Below, in pieces: positions 57,475-64,000 of a stretch of 64,000 nucleotides of DNA. Numbering within the stretch: the stretch's first letter is position 1; every line of letters starts with the position of its first letter. The stretch comes from Acipenser ruthenus (taxonomy: Eukaryota): assembly GCF_902713425.1 (NCBI RefSeq), contig NC_081214.1:10880641-10944640 (forward strand). The letters are read 5' to 3'. The notes beneath the pieces are model-generated. The model saw nothing but the letters and a program-made list of their open reading frames with translations, had not been told where the DNA came from and made no database searches. Made by a program: the position numbers and the translations under genes.

Positions 57475-58384
57475 AAACAGATTAGATTTTATATATTTGG
57501 ATACACCTCGACTTGCGTTGGTTCAGAGCACAGACGTCAAGGAAATAAATATTGACATTGCTATAATGTTATAACTGTTATAAACGTTTTTTATCGCAAT
57601 ATTGAACATGTGTGCAGTCTATGGCCCTGAAGTGTAAGTTTGCATGCAGGAATTTGCATGAAATTAGCAATATCCACGGTCCTATTACACACATAGTACA
57701 CGTTTTCTTCTTTTTTTCTGTGCAAAACAATGCACAGACAACAGCGATCGCCTCCTCGCTTGAGTCCATGATTCTCCCGAATGATGTCTACGATTCTGCA
57801 ATGAAAATAGGCGCAGTCCGCGACAAGATGTCTCGTGTAGTGTGTGTAGCTTGCAATCCCCGATCTACAGTGAGAAATCGTAGCTCAATCGGTTAGTGTG
57901 AGTGGCGCTGCGTCTCCCGATTGCAAAAGTCGTGCAGTGTAAGCCCGGCTTAAGTACAAACATTTATTATAATAATGTAGTACAATATTTAACTTTAATA
58001 TTCTGTTTTTGGCTCGTTGTCCCGTTTTTCACAAATGCCTGTTACCATACAGGGATGTCAGTACAATTCGATTTTATAAAAATGAGCACAGCATTAACAT
58101 TATTAATGTGGGTTAAGGTAAGGCTTCTGTTTACTTTGCAAGTAGCGTACAATTACATTGTAGATAAATGCCGTTTCATTGTGCTTTAAACAAGTCAGAA
58201 ACGGCTGGTTTGTGCTTTTATGTTGACATTCAGTAAGATCATTAATGTAGCATTATGGATTTTGTTAACGGTAAAAAAAAATTTTTATGTACGGTCTGAG
58301 AATCACTGACCGCATAAGTGTAATGCTGTTTAACTGTATAGCTAAATATTTATGAAAAAAACGGCCATATAAGTAAGCGTGTTA

Positions 58385-59035
58385 AAGTGGGACGTAATAC
58401 TACTACTACACCCTCCACTTCCTCGCCCTCGTCTCCCGCCGAGACACCGCTTGGCGGGAGACCCTCCGACCACCAGAGGGCATCGGTCCCCAGTGGGAGG
58501 CCCTGTACTCCCCGCTGGTCTCCAGGGGAGCTGGGGACTTGGGATGGAGGGTCCTGCACGGAGCGCTCGCGTCAGGAGAGATCCTGCATCACTTTACCGA
58601 CTCGGACGCCGCATGCCCTTTCTGCGGTCAGTCCGAGTCGGTAAGCCACATTTATTTTATTTGCGCCAGGCTGCAGCCATTTTTCCTGCTGCTGAGGAAT
58701 CTGTTGCTGCAGTTCTGGCTGCACTTTTCACCCACCCTCCTCATTTTTGGGCACCCTGTTCGTGGCTCCACCAAGAAGAGGGACCTCCTCGTGAATCTGC
58801 TCCTGGCTCTTGCTAAACTGGCCATCTACAAGACCAGGAAGCGTAAGATGATCGGGGAGGGTCTCTTTGACTGTGGGGCCATGTTCAGGGCCCTCGTCCG
58901 TTCACGGATTAATTTAGAGCACGCCCACGCGGAGTCCGCTGGCGACATGGCTACTTTTGTCGACCAGTGGGCTCTAGGGGGCGTGCTCTGTACCACCTCC
59001 CCTTTCGTTTTGCTTATTTAATTTACAGTCCTTTT
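58385..59035 (+). mobile_element. L1/Tx1-like LINE 3' fragment (ORF2 C-terminal zf-RVT region), GC-rich
   Basis: ORF 58539-59021: WRVLHGALASGEILHHF..SDAACPFCGQSESVSHIYFICARLQPFF...; matches the Cx2C...H...C zinc-binding tail of Tx1/L1-type ORF2. Begins abruptly, so 5'-truncated. Confidence 0.6.
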
Positions 59036-59984
59036 TTCTGGTCTTTTCATTTTATTAGTTAAGGCCTAGTTCTTGTTGGCACCCCTATTTTAGGGGTGCT
59101 AAATTGAATTTTTTCTCCGGCCGCCACTGGGCAGTCGGTGTAGTCGGGCCATTAGGCCTTAAATAGGACTACTAATAATAACGTAATATCAGAACTATCA
59201 ATATATGCTTACTGATATTAACTTTTTATGAAGCGCTCACTACAAATGAATGGGTCCAGTCTTTTTCAGTTTTTTTATTCTCTTTTAATCGCTGAAATCC
59301 ATTTTACCCTCCTGTGTGGATCAGCAGGATTCCTGTAGAAGGAAACTTTATATTTCTGTCCAGAAGAAAGAATCGGGCATTACTGTAATGTTACTGCGCT
59401 AGGCATTTTGGGCATCTTCCACAGTAATGCTGACTGTAAAAAACAAAACCCAACACAGAGCCAGCCTGAGCACAGAATGCTAAGTTCACTGGTAACGCAC
59501 AAAGTCATGATGTCATGACCTTTAGTGACACCTTGCTCAGGAAAGCCAAATCAGCCACCTATGAAGCTAAACATTCAAGATCTGAAAGTGCAGTTTGACC
59601 TGTTGGATTCCTTTCTGTTCCAAACAACTCACTTTGTGGATAGCTATTACATTTGGTGCTGATTCAGTGACTATTTACAAGTTCCTTTTTTGAAAGTGCT
59701 TTGTTTCTCTGTTTTTAGAAGCTTATACATTTCAATTTGTTATGTTTTGACAGTAAATAAAATACAAACATACCACAAAAATGGCTATTTTCTGTACTTG
59801 AAATAATTCAGTTGGTATAAATTAAAAAGGTTTCATCTATACTAAGGTAAACACAATTAAATTTAAACTGAAACAATCATAGCTAATCTCATTAATTTTT
59901 TATTTACTGAAAAATTCATACTCAAAACTCACAAGAGTGTAGCATTTAGCTGTTTTATATCCTAAAACCTGGGGGGAAGCCCTC

Positions 59985-60008
59985 GGACGCCCCCCCCCCC
60001 CCCCCCGG
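59985..60008. repeat. Poly(C) homopolymer (about 22 nt)
   Basis: Direct reading. Confidence 0.9.
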
Positions 60009-60029
60009 AATGTCCGCTACTCAAAAAAA

Positions 60030-60870
60030 AATGTCAAGGTTGGCAGGTCTGCAAAAGGTCCAGAGCCACTGCTAAATTTAAAATATGGAAGGATGTAACT
60101 GAAAAAATAAATGCAACCTGTTCCATAAAAAGGTCAAAAAGAAGTCCAAAAAAGATTTTGGGACCTAAAGTTGTGATGCACCCTTTAGTCTCTAATTGGC
60201 TTTGGATAAAAGCATCTGCCAACCTCCACTTATAAGCCTCTGGTTGAGTTTTCTGAACAAGGCACTGTTCTCCATGATAAATGAGTCGTGGCATGAGCCA
60301 GGGTACTTGGCAACTGCATCCATGATAATACATTGAGCATCACATAAAACTTGCACAGGTAAACAATGATGATGTTTTCATTCCTTGAATCTGGGGATAT
60401 TGCAACATGTGTGCAATCATTACACCGAGCACGTTTGGGAAGCCATACAACTGATAATGTTTGTGTTTGGTTTTATTTAGTTCCACATCCCCAACTGGAA
60501 GTAGTATATACCCTTGCCCTACAGAAAAGTGCATCTGTGACATCAGTCAGTATTTTGCCTGATCTGTCCCCAGCTGTTGTCTGGATAGCACCCGTTGCAT
60601 GAAAATGAAGTAACCTTTACAGGTACAGGTATGGCGTGACTGCGGGCTGTTTGTGATTTCTAAATCAAACTTAAGCAGATCACACAGCTCTGTTATAGTG
60701 CCTATATCCAATCTGTATCTACGCATAACTTGTTTTAGAGTTAGATCTAGAAATGTCTGATGGGGACAAAATATTCTGGGTTTAGTGTAGGGACGTTTTT
60801 TCCTCATCCCTTCCCTCTCGTGCTGCAGTTGAAGAATTGGAAGTGCTTCAATATTCTCCATTGTAGATTA
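60030..60870 (-). pseudogene. Harbinger/PIF (HARBI1-like, DDE_Tnp_4) transposase remnant, three frame-shifted pieces
   Basis: Minus ORF 60547-60861: PRIFCPHQTFLDLTLKQVMRRYRLDIGTITELCDLLKFDLE..NSPQSRHT, the characteristic Harbinger N-terminal HTH region. ORF 60340-60543: FPNVLGVMIAHMLQYPQ, a degenerate GxIDGTHIxIxxP motif. Confidence 0.5.
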
Positions 60871-61740
60871 CAGCTTGGTAGCCCTGTCAGCGATCGCAGT
60901 TCAAGACACGAGAGGGGGGCGTGTCTCAATTACAGAGTGTATTTTGGTGTTTTACACCTTTTTAAAATAAGGTGTTATTTGAAAAACAGAACCAATTATG
61001 AATTTCTGTTGCTTAACAAGCGGTAATGCGAATGTATCTTCAAAAAAGCGCAAAGCCTAAAATTCCATTGCGTCTGCACTGACTACATTAAAATAACTAA
61101 ATGACTAAATACATTTTGCAACTTTTATCTGGAGTCGCAAAGGTGTTTTACGATCTGTTTTTCCCTCTGCCCCTTTTGAAAGTCAGGCTGATTGTGATTT
61201 CTATATAAACCTTAAATGTACTGTTTGAAAGAAGTTCTCCCACTGGGCCACTCTGTCTGGTGTGGTCAGCAATCAGGAGATTCAAACAATGGTTTCAACC
61301 ACCGAGCTCCAGAAGACTAAAGGCACAGTAATGGATTTATCTAGAATCTAATGGCACTTGTTAGAGAGTTCCTTAGGGTAGCACCCAGCAGTAGAAAACA
61401 TACCTGCGAGTACATATGTCACATACTTACATACTCACATTTTTATATTCAGTTTATATAGTTGATTCCATTATAATGACATTTGGCAAGGATTTATTTA
61501 GCACCAGTAATACAGTGAATCAGGTTGTATCTCTGCCCCTCTGGAAGTATATACATCAGTATGTCTCGCTTCATCTGTACAACTGATACTGACAACTTAT
61601 ACTTTTCTTCTTGTTGCACCAGAAGAATTGAAGAAAAATTCTTTAGAAAAAGCAATTGTACATAGAAATAAGAGTATACCTAATCCGGTTACCAATTCTT
61701 TAAGATTTTCTTGAGGATAAATACTTTAAATGAAACACTT

Positions 61741-64000
61741 CACTGATATGACCATACCCACAGTTGAGTAACATTACCCTACCCATGATTGAGCAACATG
61801 ACCATAGCCACGGTTGAGTAACATTACCCTACCCATGATTGAGCAACATGACCATAGCCACGGTTGAGTAACATGACCATAGCCAATATTGAGCAACATG
61901 ACCATAGCCACGGTTGAGTAACATGACCATAGCTACGATTCAGCAACATGACCATAGCCACGGTTGAGCAACATGACCATAGCCACGATTCAGAGACACG
62001 ACCATAGCCACGATTCACTGACATGACCATAGCCATGGTTGAGTAACATGACCACAGTCACGATTCAATAACATGACCATAGCCATGACTGAGTAACGTG
62101 ACCATAGCCACGATTCATTGACATGACCATAACCACGATTCAGCAACATGCCCATAGCCACGATTGAGTAACATGACCATAGCCACGATTCAGTAACATG
62201 ACTGTAGCCACAGTTGAATAACATGACCATAGGCATGGTTGAGTAACATGACCATAGCCACGATTCAGTAACATGACCATAGCCACGATTCAGAGACACG
62301 ACCATAGCCACGATTCACTGACATGACCATAGACACGATTCAGTAACATGACCATAGCCACGGTTGAGCAACATGACCATTGCCACGATGCATTGACATG
62401 ACCATAGCCACGATTCATTGACATGACCATATCCACGATTCAGCAACATGCCCATATCCACGATTCAGTAACATGACCATAGCCACGATTCAGTAACAAC
62501 ATGACCATAGCCACAATTCACTGACATGACCATAGCCACGGTTGAGCAACATGACCATAGCCACGATTCAGAGATACGACCATAGCCCCGATTCACTGAC
62601 ATGACCATAGCCATGGTTGAGTAACATGACCACAGTCACGATTCAATAACATGACCATAGCCATGACTGAGTAACGTGACCATAGCCACGATTCATTGAC
62701 ACGACTATAGCCACGATTCATTGACATGACCATAACCACGATTCAGCAACATGCCCATAGCCACGATTCAGTAACATGACCATAGCAACGGTTGAGCAAC
62801 ATGACCATAGCCACGATTGAGTAACATGACCATAGCCACGATACATTGACATGACCATAGCCACGATTCAGTAACATGACTGTAGCCACAGTTGAATAAC
62901 ATGACCATAGGCACGGTTGAGTAACATGACCATAGCCACGATTCAGTAACATGACCATAGCCACGATTCAGTAACATGACCATAGCCACAATTCACTGAC
63001 ATGACCATAGCCACGGTTGAGTAACATGACATTAGCCATGATTCACTGACACGACCATAGCCACGGTTGAGCAACATGACCATAGCCACGATTCAGTATC
63101 ATGACAATAGCCACGATTCAGTAACATGACCATAGCCATGATACAGTAACATGACCATAGCCACGATTCAGTAACATGACCATAGCCACAATTCAGTAAC
63201 ATGACCATAACCACAATTCACTGATATGACCATAGCCACAGTTGAGTAACATTACCCTAGCCATGATTGAGCAACATGTCCATAGCCACGGTTGAGTAAC
63301 ATGACCATAGCCACTATTGAGCAACATGACCATAGCCACGGTTGAGTGACATGACCATAACTACGATTCAGTAACATGACCATAGCCACGGCTGAGCAAC
63401 ATGACCATAGCCATGATTCAGCGACACGACCATAGCCACGATTCACTGACATGACCAAAGCCACGGTTGAGTAACATGACCACAGTCACGATTCAATAAC
63501 ATGACCATAGCCACGATTCAGTAACATGTCCATAGCCACGATTCAGCGACATGACCATAGCCACGATTCACTGACATGACCATAGCCACGATTCACTGAC
63601 ATGACCATAGCCACGATTCATTGACATGACCATAGCCATGATTCAGTAACATGACCATAGCGACAATTCAGCAGCATGACCATAGCCACAATTCAGTAAC
63701 ATGACCATTGCCACGGTTGAGTAACATGACCACAGTCAGGACTCAATAACATGACCATAGCCACGATTCAGTAACATGTCCATAGCCACGATTCAGCGAT
63801 ATGACGATAGCCACGATTCACTGACATGACCATAGCCACGATTCACTGACATGACCATAGCCACGATTCACTGACATGACCATAGCCGCGATTCATTGAC
63901 ATGACCATTGCCACGGTTGAGTAACATGACCACAGTCAGGACTCAATAACATGACCATAGCCACGATTCAGTAACATGACCATAGCCACGATTCAGCGAC
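61741..64000. repeat. 25-bp satellite (acatgaccatagccacgattcagta; variants ggttgagca/attcactga), about 90 units, starting with a 62-bp higher-order dimer; runs off the window end
   Basis: Direct reading; the many 60-100-aa minus-strand ORFs (MAMVMLLNRGYGHV...) are translations of this array. Confidence 0.95.

Larger units (their letters stand above)
56562..57951 (+). mobile_element. Non-autonomous Harbinger/PIF-type DNA transposon (1.39 kb) with TAA target-site duplication, about 30-bp TIRs and a MADF (Myb-like) ORF remnant
   Basis: TIRs agccgggcttacactgcacgatttttgc at 56562-56589 and the inverted form ...gcaaaagtcgtgcagtgtaagcccggct ending at 57951. Flanking TAA at 56559-56561 and 57952-57954. 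Internal about 100-bp subterminal repeats. Confidence 0.75.

Noticed and set aside
58379-58816. 145-aa proline/arginine-rich ORF
   Set aside because: It is a GC-rich alternative frame of the L1/Tx1-like LINE fragment; the zf-RVT frame (58539-59021) is the real one.
61824-63464. Cluster of 60-100-aa minus-strand ORFs with a repeated MAMVMLLNRGYGHV motif
   Set aside because: These are periodic translations of the 25-bp satellite.
1-64000. Possibility of a prokaryotic defence island or other bacterial system, as the prompt suggests
   Set aside because: The window lacks operon-like gene density, Shine-Dalgarno contexts and bacterial gene families. Instead it contains GT-AG introns, vertebrate TE families and a PARP4/VIT/vWA gene, so it is vertebrate nuclear DNA.

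Overview
The window is vertebrate nuclear DNA, and its repeat content is typical of a ray-finned fish or similar lower vertebrate. It is AT-rich, shows a high density of interspersed repeats, and contains spliced exons with GT-AG boundaries. There is nothing prokaryotic in it: no operons, no CRISPR array, no tRNA or rRNA genes. Most ORFs in the six-frame track are translations of repeats.

Genes:
- On the minus strand near the start (about 2260-2413) is a single exon resembling the CASTOR/GATS-like arginine-sensor family, closest to CASTOR2.
- On the plus strand, at least 20 exons of a vault poly(ADP-ribose) polymerase (PARP4) homolog run from about 25.6 kb to 55.4 kb. They cover the PARP helical and catalytic domains, the VIT domain and the vWA domain.

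As read, the PARP4 homolog has problems:
- Two internal frame disruptions.
- One probable GC-AG intron.
- One exon with no resolvable acceptor.
- It is either decaying, for example a redundant ohnologue or paralogue, or the assembly has errors.

Its introns contain the following mobile elements and repeats:
- Three Tc1 DNA transposons: an SB-like copy one nonsense codon away from an intact 340-aa transposase, and two ~98%-identical copies of a second family that share the same frameshifts.
- A near-full-length CR1 LINE inserted into a 40-bp minisatellite.
- A Penelope-like element (PLE) fragment.
- Copies of two tRNA-derived SINE families, one with a clean 17-bp target-site duplication (TSD).

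Upstream (1-20 kb) is a nested transposable-element cluster:
- L2 and CR1 LINE fragments.
- A DIRS-like tyrosine-recombinase retroelement fragment with an exact inverted-repeat structure.
- A very young non-autonomous LTR element with identical 445-bp LTRs and a 5-bp TSD of CACCT. It has a CCHC gag remnant and a polypurine tract; its interior is largely replaced by a 36-bp/30-bp minisatellite, and it is inserted into an inverted CR1 copy.

Downstream of the PARP4 exons:
- A 1.39-kb non-autonomous Harbinger element (TAA TSD, MADF-like ORF, nested MITE).
- An L1/Tx1-like zf-RVT fragment.
- A Harbinger transposase remnant.

Large tandem arrays:
- A 34-bp minisatellite of about 2.9 kb.
- A 25-bp satellite of more than 2.2 kb that runs off the window end.
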